This document shows, piece by piece, positions 1 to 12,341 of a stretch of 64,000 nucleotides of DNA. Source of the DNA: Ylistrum balloti (Eukaryota). The position numbers and the translations under genes were made by a program. The stretch's first letter is position 1. Each line of letters begins with the position of its first letter. The stretch is taken from positions 124,001 to 188,000 of the forward strand of contig NW_026782435.1 in NCBI RefSeq assembly GCF_031769215.1, read 5' to 3'. The notes under the pieces are model-generated. The model made no database searches. It saw only the letters and a list, made by a program, of their open reading frames with translations, and was not told the origin of the DNA.

Positions 1-2310
1 GGATATCCACCAATTCTTTACACGGAACACAGTACATATACATAAAGTTAAAACTGATTAATTGAAAATGAACAATTTCCAAATATTGACACCGCAAACG
101 TTATAAGCTTCAAAACTGTGATAAATACCATCTATTGTTGTTTATGTCAAAACGAAATCTATTCACAGAGCATTATTAACTTTTGATACTACGATTAATT
201 AAACAATGTAACACATTGTTAAACTAAGTGGCTAAAAATCGAAAACTAAGAAAGTGTTGTCTCGGAATATCCAGACTGGAATGACGGAGTCGATAGGTAT
301 TCTTACAGCTGTGTATTTAGCACGCCATTTCATCAATTGTTTAGGTATTCTATATTACTGCGCGTCTATTACTAGTGAAATCATTTCAAGGAGGACCTAT
401 GCTCTTTATTTTGTATCTTTATGTTGAATATGATACAGATTTGAAATAAGATAGAGTAAGAAAATGGTCATCAACGCAAAGAGAATACCATAGACTCAAT
501 CTAATATCAAATCGGATGTACGGTTGTCTTAGGAGATGGATACTAGTAACTCTTTACTCTAGCTCTTATAATGACACAGAATACTTAATGACAACGGTGG
601 TTGTTGCAGAGGATCACCACCACGGTGATGCCAGATATGATGATGATGAGGATGAGTACGTCCGACCCTACAATGATTGTCCAAATCCACGCCATTGACA
701 GATTTGATGCTGAACGGAACCCCTCCTACACCGAGAAACTGAACAAAGCCATACACGAGAAACTTAATATGCCAGCTAACAGGTCAGTATATTAATGATT
801 TTCTAAGATTTTTTTACGATCTCTCTAATAGATTAATATTAGAGTTTTAGAGAATGTTTTAAACTCTACGCATATCGTCTTATTTCTTAAATCATTCGTA
901 GCGATAGACTCTGCACGTTTTATAAGTAAACAGATAAAATACTCAGAACAAACCACTGTACCCAGCATTTTATAGAAGTTGAAAAACCGCTTTCATGTAA
1001 TCTCTCTTATATAGTATCGCATGTTCTTAGCTGTGGAAGACAACGATGACTTTTCTCTATGTTCTATATGAGAGAAAAGTATCGGTATATGCTGCCATGC
1101 GTCTGAATTACATTTGATGAGCAACTGCAACAAATTGTCTTTTGACCACGTTCTGAAGTACATGTATATGGAAAGGAAACATATGGGGAGAACATACCAC
1201 CTAGGAGTTAAAGTGTAACGTCCGAGGATGTTATAAAATTATCATCATGTTTTTATTTTAATTATCGAAGTATCGCTTTTTCTATTCTATTAAAACAGTA
1301 TTGATGATTGTTGTTAGATTTGTTTATTTTAGTTTGATATTATGTAATAATGGAACTATTTGTCATTACAGGGTCGTCTTTCAGTACTTTCCAGTCGATA
1401 AGACGATGGTTGGACTCGGACTTTGATTATGGAAGTGATGAACAAAAAACAGAAAAACACATTATTGGTAATCATTGTTGTGTGTTGGTAGCATAAATAC
1501 ATGGTCGGCTATACGCATAAATGATGAGTTGACAGGCGAGAGGGACTCCTCAATATTTCACGACATACGGAGTACACAATGACGTATTTATGGTTGGAAG
1601 CAGAAGACATGTACTCATTTGTTTTATTGAATTTGTGTTTAGATTATGTTCACATGTTGCATTTTCTTCTTGTTTCTTTAACATTTTTTCAAAATTTATT
1701 TGCCACAAGAATAAGTGTAATTCAAATATATCGATGAAAATATTTTAGATATTTCGTATTACGTTAACGAACGCTTACATTATACTGGCACCAGTGTAAT
1801 CATAATACTAGATAGCAATGTCTCCAATACAGCGACAATATTGAAATATATATTGAAACAATCTTGTGAAAAGAAACATTGTCCGTTTGTGTGTGTATAA
1901 ACCGTTACACAAATAGAAATCCCACTAGTCTTAAGAATTTGATCCAATCCTTTGTTCTATACACTTATATTTCCACCAACTTTAATTTTCAGAAAGACAT
2001 TTCAATTCCTGATTTCATATTGTTGTCATATATTTATTTGTATTAATTACTATATTAGTTATGATTAAGATAATTCATATTTGTATTGTATATAGGTATA
2101 GTTGGTAGGTAACAGTATAGTGGTATTGTATGACCGACTGTTACGTATTACACGTTATAGTCCGTTCACTGTGTTAACGGTAGTTGCGACTTCTACAGGG
2201 CATGTATTTAATAAATATATCAATGTAATTGGTGATAAGTCTTCCTGTTTATAATTGTAACAATTATCCTTTATTAAAACAAGAAATACAGAGAATACAT
2301 AGATATCTAT

Positions 2311-2680
2311 TCAGTTTCTTCGACGAGATGCATTGATTTGATTGTACACATTGGTACCTACGTTGGTGCTTACTCGACCAAACAAACCTACGGACACCAC
2401 CAGGTCTAACAACCCCATGTCCGTAGAGGGGATGGACGGGGTGTAAGATCATGTGTTCCGAAGTGGGACTGCCAAACTTTCGTTCTGGTAAGTGAGGACC
2501 TCTGAAAAGGGTCTTCAGAAATCTAGATATTCTTATTTTTCGGAAATGCGTTTTCGCCTTAGTCGTTTTCCGCATGATGACTTCGATGTTCCCTTACACT
2601 TGAGCAGGTTACAAATCTGCATGTAGAAGTTCCCCTGATACGTGCGTAAACGTCATCGCTAGCGAGGTATTCCGCTTCAT
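2311..2680 (-). pseudogene. Decayed 3' fragment of a vanin/biotinidase paralog
   Basis: Colinear with 7269-7680 (for example ctcgaccaaacaaacc at about 2371 vs 7331). It translates in pieces to KTHFRKIRIS and VSVGLFGRVSTNVGTNVYNQINASRRRN*, with frameshifts and deletions. Stop TGA at 2311-2313. Confidence 0.85.
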
Positions 2681-2689
2681 AGACGACAC

Positions 2690-3470
2690 ATTCATGTAAA
2701 TCTTTCTATATCCAAGAAAATAATGGTATGTTCTCGAATGAGAACATGGTTTACAACAATGGAACCAACAGTCAAGTTTACGAGCATCAGATTTATAGCT
2801 CAATGAGTTTTATAAACCTGCATCTCTTGAACCGTGTCAGTTAATACGTTGCTGAAAAAAGTAACATTTGTTTGGTTGAATAGCTGGACGAGTCAGCAAT
2901 AATACGCCGTTTGAATGGGGTCTTTTACAGTTTAGAAATCCTAAATAAACGGAGGAGGTCTGTATCATTATCATTAATAAGCAATCTGTATGATTTTGAT
3001 ACTGTAGCAAGATTGGCTATCATTTCTGCCTTAATTGCAACGATCACAAGATTGCATAATGTATATGTGGGGTTTCCTTTCTTATCAAGTAAGCTTAGCT
3101 CTGTGTATGTAGGAAATTAAACCATGTGTGCAGACAAGGATCAAGTTATTTGACGCATTATCTGCAGGCTTAATAACACACCTGTCATGTACAATCTTCA
3201 AGTGTCGATTAAACAATACTTCATTAATATTGTACCAAATGGAAAATCTGAAAATGAATTCACTGCAGCATGTTCTCTTTTCATCCTCTCTAGAAGTTGA
3301 GAGAGCAGGTCACATCACTAGCATCGGCTTGTGGGATTTTTTCCCTTTTTATTCGAGCGTCTACAGAGAGAATAGCTTGTTCGAACGTTATAGAGGGATA
3401 AATTGTTTTTCTTCATTCCTCTCTACTTCATGTCTTTCCAATACTGAAGAAGATGTTTAAAATGTTTAAT
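2690..3470 (-). mobile_element. Degraded Penelope-like element reverse-transcriptase fragment
   Basis: Minus-strand pieces HDRCVIKPADNASNNLILVC (about 3125-3190) and KTPFKRRIIADSSSYSTK (about 2870-2930) resemble PLE RT N-terminal motifs (PADKASNN; KLHKxPYKxRFIAGSS). Multiple stops and frameshifts. Confidence 0.6.
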
Positions 3471-4129
3471 CGTAAAATCAAGATATTACACCAGGAATAT
3501 GCTTCTCGAAATTATAAATACAACCCCAATCCCTCCAACCCTTGCCGATATAGACAATATAGTTTATCTATAAAAAGCAAAGCAAAAACCAAAGGCGAAT
3601 AAAAACCAAACGAAAACGACAAGTCTTGACAAACATACCATTAATAGTTGAAATAAAACGCAATTTGTCTAACTTAATTATATGTATCTACAAAGTATGT
3701 TTGCAAGTACAGGCTACCTTGAAACAGTCATCAGTACAATGTTTTTTTGCTTCATAGGTAAATGATAGAGAAAACAATAGTGAGGATATGGACGACGATG
3801 AGGACGTTTATGATAATGCAGTAAATACGAAAGCACCAGGAATTCTACAATTTTGACGAGATGTTGTAAATAGATAAACAACTTTATTACTTTATATCAC
3901 ATACACTTTGGTTGGTTTAGCACATATTTCATGTATGATTACATTATAAATTCAAAACTCTTGCTTCAGCTTGGCCCATTTATTTACGGGTAGAATATCA
4001 TATATCACCAACCTCTACCAAGGACACCCGGTCATCTCTTGTGACAGTCCCTACAAGTCAGCATGCCGTTCATTTGCTGCTATACCAACCTCTCCAGGGA
4101 CAAAATACCACAGGATTTTTTTGAATTGA

Positions 4130-5275
4130 AACGTGCCAATTTGTTACAACGTGCTTTCATGATTCTTAATAAATTGATTATGAGTGATTATGCGAGGTTT
4201 GACCATGACGATTCAGAAATGGAAGCGCTAATGAATAATTAGACATGTTTTTTAAAGTTAATTTAGACAAAATTACTTTATAAAGACTTTATCATGTGTT
4301 ATTTTGTATGTTTCTTGCTATTTTATTCGTATCCCGTACATCGCTTGGCGTAGATTGAAAAACTCAGATAACATGAAACTACTTAAGGGGAAGTCACTCT
4401 TGCAAACACCTATATGGCATAATGATAATGTAGTTATTGGTGGCAAACCTGTTTTTTTTATCCAAGATGGTATGAAAAAGGCATTTACTTAATAGGAGAT
4501 TTCATTAAGGACTACAACTTTCTTTACATATGATGTATTTATACATAAATAAGACATTGCCAGAGTCTTTTTAAAATATAATTAGAATAATTAGGAAATC
4601 TTTATAAAACGATTACCTTTGGGAATACAAACTAACTCGTCCTGTTCTACCAGTCAACATTGCTATATTTCTAAAGCGGCCTAAAGGTTCAAAAGTTTTT
4701 TATGAATTATTAAGTAATATAAACACTCTAGTTGCTAAAGGCAAAGAAAAGTGGGGAGAGACCTTTGATTTTAACGAGGATGACTGAAAGAGTACATATG
4801 CAATGCCTTTTCAAATTACTAAAAACTCCAAACTTCAGTGGTTACAGTTTAGAGTATCTCTCCATATTCTAACCACCAATTCCCCTTTTTTAAAAGCAAA
4901 ACTTGTAGATAGTCCTCTCTGTAATCTTTGTAACTCAGAAAGAGAAATCAAAACCTTTTTCAAAGTTAAGAATTGTTATTAGAAGCTCTTTTTATTCCGT
5001 TTTCTTTAAACAAACACATCCTACTTTTTGGCAAGATCAATACTAAAACCTCTGCATTATATAAACCTGACAATCAAATCATTTTACTGAATAAACAATA
5101 TATATACAGAACTAGATGCCTACGCAAGTCACTGAATAGTAATGCTCTGATTTTTACTACATATGACCATTATAAAGTTCAAAAGTACATTTCTAACACA
5201 AATGGGGAAATAGCTAAAGAGGAGGTTGTAAATGATTGGAAGAAGTGTGAAAAATTAATGCAAATGTTACATTGA
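4130..5275 (+). mobile_element. Degraded L1/Tx1-type LINE ORF2 3' fragment
   Basis: TPIWHNDNVVIGGKPVF, followed after a frameshift by YPRWYEKG. Then ILTTNS...DSPLCNLCNSERE and LLFGK...ILLNKQYIY, typical of the post-RT C-terminus. Disrupted by stops. Confidence 0.65.
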
Positions 5276-5639
5276 CACATTTATTACCTACACATATTGT
5301 ATTGTCTTGTCAAAAGGTTAAGTAAACTTCAGTTAGTGTCTCCAGTCCTTGCCAAATACCCTTTTGTGCAGTATTTATATACAAAAGCATATATAATTTT
5401 TCATGTATCAAATATCCACCACCAGCCAGTATCATGTAGCTTCAGGAACATAAATTTTACTTATTACTCTTTATCTCCATGTCTCTTCCTCTCTCGCTTT
5501 ATCTCGCTTACTCTCTCTCAGGCTGTGTTTTTGTAGATGTGCATGTCTATATGTCTGTTATGAACACAAATGTGTATGGATGAGACGATGGGCAGATATG
5601 TAAGGGATTGCTTGTATGTGTGATAATGATGAAATAGAT

Positions 5640-5815
5640 GATTATTTAGATGATGATGGGAATGATGCAGGTGGAGATGGTGATGAGGATCATCATCATA
5701 ATTGTCATCATGATAGGATTTGATGCAGGCGATGGTATGAATGATGATGACGATGATGATGCTCATGATGATGCTCATGATGATGCTTCGGATGATGATA
5801 CATGTAAGGACGAAA

Positions 5816-5857
<42 letters not shown>

Positions 5858-5887
5858 CTTCGGATGATGATACATGTAAGGACGAAA

Positions 5888-5920
<33 letters not shown>

Positions 5921-6050
5921 CTTCGGATGATGATACATGTAAGGACGAAATGGATGACGATGATGGTGATGATGATAATGATGATGTTACGGATGATGAT
6001 TCATGTAAGGACGAAATGGATGATGATGATGATACATGTATGGATGATGA

Positions 6051-6084
<34 letters not shown>

Positions 6085-6090
6085 GGTGAT
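5640..6090 (+). repeat. (GAT)n-based compound micro/minisatellite with unit gatgcttcggatgatgatacatgtaaggacgaaatg(gat)n
   Basis: Unit copies at about 5782, 5854 and 5917, with a variant at about 5983. Long pure GAT runs end in (GGT)n. Confidence 0.95.
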
Positions 6091-7268
6091 AAAAAATCAT
6101 TACATGTATGTGTGCATGAATGTATAAAAATATATGCATGGATGAGAGTGTTTCATGTTATTTTGTAAAATATCTTGTAAAAATAAAATAATCATAAGCA
6201 GACAGTATGGCAGTGGAAGGTTTTGATAGTTTTGTTTAGTTTTGCTTATGGTGTAATAAAATAGTGGACTTGTATACATGACTTTTTGTACTACAGGATC
6301 GCCTTTCAGTACTTTCCAGTCGACAAAACGATGGTTATAGAAGTTTATGAAAAAAAAGAAAGAAAAACATTCATATTTTAATCAGATTGATGTATATTGG
6401 TACCATAGATATAGGGCAGCAAAACATACATTTTAATATTTTCTATAAACGATGGAATGACAGACAAGAGGGATTCTTCGATTTACAACATGCAGAGTAG
6501 CAGTGGAGCAGAAGACGAATTCTCTTCCGGAACGTCTTGTTTCAGGAGTCTCTGTGTGGGTCTTTCTTTTGTTCATATCTTACCTTATTTAATTTAATGA
6601 AAGTTTTATATTAGGATTATGTTGACTTCTTGGTATTTCTCAAAATTTACATGAAACAAAAATGAGTTGCATGTCATGTCATGTAAGGGTGCGTGCACAC
6701 ATCTACTGAACGGGCACAAGTTTAATCATATTCTTAAATCTTGTCCACAAAGAGATACTGAAATACACAGAAATATAAATTTAATTGGTGTTAAGAATTT
6801 GATATATTCTTTTGTTCTCGACATCTTTATTCAAAATGAAAGTACAACCACTGATTTCGTATCGTACTGAGAGAAATGTTTATTTGTATTCTTTAAATGC
6901 TAAGATAAGTCCATGATTAAGTAAATTCATATTTGCATTGTGGATATCTAAAGTTGATAGGTCACTGTATAGTGACATAACAGTACTAAATAGTGTAATA
7001 TCACTTGCTATGTTTACATGTATGTGGGATGTTTAAAGACTGGAGAGTTGTGATATTCTATTTGTATGTAAATCGTTTGTATATAATGTATAACCGACTG
7101 TAAGTAAACGTATGTGTTTTCGATACAACAAAGAAAAACAACTGAGCTAAGGTTATTTGTGTTTGTTTCAGAGCATTTCAATAAACACAATTTTGTATTA
7201 AAACATCTTGTTTAAAAGTAAAACAGATATCCTTTAATAAAAACTGCAAACAATCCGTTGATACAGTT

Positions 7269-9988
7269 TTAGTTTCTTTGATTAAATGCCTCCTTTTGAT
7301 TGTGCCCATTGGTATCTAAGTTAGTGTATACTCGACCAAACAAACCAGCGGACACCACCGGGTCTGATAACCCTGTGTCCACAGAGAGGATGGACGGGGT
7401 GTAAGTCCATGTGTTCTTGAGTGGCACAGCTAAGGATCCGTTCTGATAAGTTAGAACTTCCGGAAACACGTAAGGGCTTGAAAAATTTCCAGATATTCTA
7501 ATGTTTCGGAAATGCGTTTTCGCCGCAGTTGTTGGTTTCCCACATGATGACTTCGTTATCCCTTGACACTTCAGCAGGGTACACACCTGCATGTAGTAAG
7601 TCCCCTGATACGTATGTAGTCCATCAAACGCTCCAAAAGCGTAAACGTCACCGCTAACGAGGTCTCGTTCGTAATGAAGAGAGCAACAAAGAGCGTTGTT
7701 GCAGACGCTGACCGTACCAGCAGAAGCGCCATCCAACTGTTTGAATGTGTAAAGATCATGAAAGACAAAGGATCGAAATGTGGATTCTGCGCGCATTCCA
7801 GTGATCATCATATTGCCGAATACTTGTGGCGACAAAGGTACCGTTGGATTCTGTGTCCAATGCACAACTGATAACTCTGTACCAGATGTTGCAATGGGAA
7901 TTCGGGGCAGTCGAGGGGTAAATGGAGAAGTACTAACTGATTCCGACCTTATTATCGGTACATCTGAGATAAGTAGCTGTCCTCGCGCATGTCTGTCGTT
8001 GTAGTAGTAGGTCAGGACCCCATCAGGGGTGTAGATACCACTGCCATGGAACCTCATCAGCGGCCAGTTTATGTTTGCCGCCAGGAAATTAAGACCCATA
8101 CCTCTGGCAAAGGCGGAATGAAACTGGACTGCCCCAAGGAGGGGGAGAGCATCCATCCAGGCAGTTGGGAATACAATGTTTCTGACCCCGCGGTTAATAA
8201 GGTCAATCGCGGGGTCATGGAATATGATATCAAAACAAGTGAATATGCCAAATAATCCGAAAGGTGTGTCGAACGTTACAACTTCGGTAACTGGCGGGAA
8301 GTCAAACTGATACTCAAAGAACAGATTTTCTTTGTGGTATTTGGCTATCAGAGTACCCAATGGGTTATATACGACATCAGTGTTGAACTGGAAATGACCG
8401 TCGATAGGACAACTTGGATATGTATCTTGAGAACACGGCTGTTTATCGCCAAAGTTTGCAACGATGAACATCGAGTTGTTTTTCGCCAAACAGCTGAGAA
8501 AATGCTGTACTTCGGTGTTGGGATATCGATTTGGCTCTGCGCATGCGCTCCATGACTCGTTCTTGGGATCAGGGATATATTCAAGGTAGGAAGATAAAGC
8601 TTTCCTGGTGAAACCCATACCATAGATTCCGTCTTCAGGAAACACTATTATATCCACGCCCTGGTAACACATGGAACAGCAAATACAAGTGATAGGACAA
8701 GAAAGGGTAAATTCAGTTTGTATTTCTGTTAACAGAGATGATCGCATCAAGGATCACAGTTATTGGTATTGTTTGAACAAAAGCAATTTCAATTTTCTTT
8801 GATCAGTAAACTGTTTGGTACCAATGAACAAAATAAGAGAGAAGATTACAGATCAAGATATCGACGAAAATTTACGACGGAACGACAGGATTCCATAGAC
8901 GCTATGCTTTTTGTGTTTGAAGAATCTGATTCTTTTATAAAAACAAATATCGCTTTTATGGATTCCCAGACGGTGCTTAAAAACGTCATTTTTTTTTAAA
9001 ATTTGTCTTCAAGATTGTAATTCATATTGATGATAAATACAATATGACGACCGGTTAGTGGTTGATTATCACATGCATAATCATAGTAGACTGTAGACAA
9101 CAGTTTTTATAAATCATTATTCGCGTTTTAATTGTGTTACAGACCATAACAAACTATTTTCTTATACTAATTTTACAACGATAATATTTTCTCGGTACAG
9201 TGAACTTAAGTGTACAACATGTTCTCTGACGATTCAAAAGGATAATCAATGTAATTCTAGGCAGTCGCCTTGTTTGTGAGTAGTTTCACTCTGATGAATA
9301 TAATCAGCATTGCTGAACGGCTGTGTTGCCGCCCCTCATCACTGTAACAAGCATAACATGTCATTTTCTGCCAATTTTGTAAGTTTCGACACAGAGGACC
9401 TGGCATGAGTGTCGATGTTACACAAAATTTAACGACTTCAATAAATTCCATGTTACATCGGAACAGCAGGCTAGTTATGCGATAAGAAATATTCCAGTAT
9501 GATTTATCTCAGCTACATGTAGAAGTATTTGAAATCATTACTCTTATCGCCAAAAACGACATTTTGTGGTGCCTTTCCAGTAGAATGTTCGATTCTTCTG
9601 TAGTTAACTGAGCATATAGTGTGTGTGGCTTGAGTAAATCATATTCCAATGGTTAGGTACTTTTACAGTCAGTTCTAATAGATTGTATTGCGAGATATTT
9701 TTTTATCGCGTCTAAAGAATTCAAATTGAAGATTATTATAAGGTACACCTTTAAATTGATTACCTGGCGAGACGCTGTCTCCACGTGATCACGGTATATA
9801 TTCAGGTTTTTCATCATGTGTTTGAGGGCCGTCGCCCTGGAAACTGATGAATTCTCGTGTCGGACATCGGACAGAATGACGGCATGTTCATACACCGCCG
9901 CTCTGAATGTGGCTCTCTGCAGCTCTTCAGCATCACAAGATACCAAAACGAGAACTACGCATAAAAAGTTCTTTATGAAAGCTACCAT
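7269..9988 (-). CDS. Vanin/pantetheinase-biotinidase family amidohydrolase (nitrilase superfamily), 538 aa, secreted
   Basis: Exon 1 9988-9764 (75 aa, signal peptide MVAFIKNFLCVVLVLVSCDA, AAVYEH, donor CAG|GTAATC). Exon 2 8660-7269 (acceptor ttaccag|GGC). Catalytic triad motifs FPEDG, YHKENLF, FTCFDI; also PTAWM and a C-terminal vanin base domain. Confidence 0.95.
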
Positions 9989-12341
9989 TCTTACTATCCA
10001 CGTCTGTAAGAACAGCGGTCGTTTAATTCACCTGGTGCTCGGCAACAACTGATATGGACAGCATTTCGTAACGTCATATTTATGTATATGTGCCCTATAG
10101 TGTAAAATTTCCTCGTAAAAGATTATTTTTGTATCTGACTCATAAGGATCAAAGTTCGTGTTTATCTTAAAGTGTGATTTTTTTTAATTTGCAGTTGGAA
10201 CCATGGCAGTCAAGATGACGAAATACGAACAGAGTACAAAGTCCAAACGAATTGTTTAGTTCTAGTTACTGACCCTACAACTGCTAACGCCCAGATAAAC
10301 ACGAGGATCGCTGTGACAGAAATGAATTTATCAAGGAAAATTGTATTAAAGATACATGTAAATCAATATCTTTCGATAACTAAACTCTGATCTAATACTA
10401 TTACGTTTACACAGGAACCCGGATATGTATTCAATCTGAAACATAAAAATGGTAGTTCTCGATAAATCATTTCTCTGTGATTACAAGGAATGTTAAAAAA
10501 AGACAATATATATTTTCTCCGTTTCCAGTTTAATTTTTTTTTATATATATATATTTTATCTTCAGTGGTAGACACAAAAACATTTTGGATAATGCTCCGC
10601 AGTTTTTAACACGAAACCTCTAAACAGAAAGTCCTATCTTAACTGAGAGTCGCAAGCAGAAAAAGGTTTTTCATTAATGACCACCAATGAAGAGTATCGT
10701 GGATTTATGTAATGACCAACACTGATGTATACAGCGTATGGAGCAATCAACACTTCCCGCTTTCTGAGAAAATTAAACACCACTAGTATTTCAGCTTCCG
10801 CATTAATGAGTGAAAATCATACTTAGTTTGTATTGGTTTACTACATTAATATTTCCCTATGTTTAAGCCTTATTCCACGGTCCAATGAAGCCAGACTTCA
10901 CGTCAATATAACAATGATAAATCATTTGCGCTATCGAAAATACACTAAAATTACTAAATTACATAATTTGTTTATCATACTTGAATAGATAATGTAAAGA
11001 GGTTTTTTTATCGATTTTATGTTAGAGAGGAAGGTTTGATATACATTTCGTGCTACTATCACTAACATGTAGTTTGAAATATTGAACAGTTCATATCTGA
11101 GAATATATGTGGGAAATTGTTTATGTTGTATTTTACAGGGACTTGGCACGAGACTCCACCCACGGTCCACTAAACATATAGTCATAGACTGTAGGTTGGG
11201 AATCCGTGCAAATCTCTGTGCTGGAATACCCATGTATTTCAATGATGATAACAGCGATCTAGCACAATATATGTATATATACATTCTAGACTTGGGTAGA
11301 TGAAAGTAGTTCCCACAAATATAACCGTTTTTGTTTGATAATTTAGTTCAATAATATAGATGTATGAAATGCATGTAAAAATGTACTTCTCCGCTTTTCA
11401 GTCTTTGATTGTAGGTCTTATTCGACTTTAACAACTCCAAAAGGAGAAAAAAAAATAAAGTGAAATTAAATACATTGTAAAGAAAGCTCGGCTTTGCATA
11501 TAAATTGTGTCTTTTTAGATATATGCAAATTTACAAAGTATCTCTTGATATTAGTGTAATGATGATTAGAATTTGATTACCTTTCATTTTTTTAAGTCAA
11601 ATTTACTTTGTATCCAATTCGAAAAATAACATATTCATAACTTAAAATATTTGCCCACATGTTTAGTTAACGGGAAGGATTACACTTGTGGCCATGCTAA
11701 CAGATTTGAAAAAATGTTTAATCTTTTACTAACGGTCGTTGCTCGTTTATCTTCAGTTATATTCAAATAACCACTCCATTTGAAGTGTTGATATTGTTAT
11801 AACTACCGTAACGTTGATATGGAAAATAAAGTATCGATAGTTATTGTGAGACGGATGAGGGTGGGTGTGTATGTGTGGTGTGTGTGTGTGTGTGTGTTAT
11901 GTTTGTGTGTATAATTAAGAATATCAATTTTGCGAGGAAAAACTCTTTAAATTCGAAATCCTGTACTGTAGTTCCTTTAACTAAAGCATATGCAGTAGCA
12001 ACACAATTGTAGGCGTGATCAAAAGATATTGTATCTTAAATAAACCTCGTTGAAGTTGCTCATTGCATCAATATCCCACTTACAAGTTTTCAGATAAAAA
12101 TCACCTACGTTATCCCTTCGAGGACCCCATTAATGTAGTACATCCGTGTTGCCTCGTTTTCGCAAGCAATGGCAGCGCCCATGAACTGTTGTCGTTCTGA
12201 TACACATTCAGGAAAATACGCTGCAGTTGCCTAGTCATGTACGTATTTTGCTTTGGCCGCCATGCACTTTTATTCATACTTGCATAGGATATACCGTGAT
12301 CACCACATCAGACATTGACACTTTGTACTTGTATTGTAAAC

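Noticed and set aside
5518-6127. His-rich and Met-rich ORFs (5518-5778, 5708-5938, 5741-6127)
   Set aside because: Alternative frames of the (GAT/ATC)n repeat.
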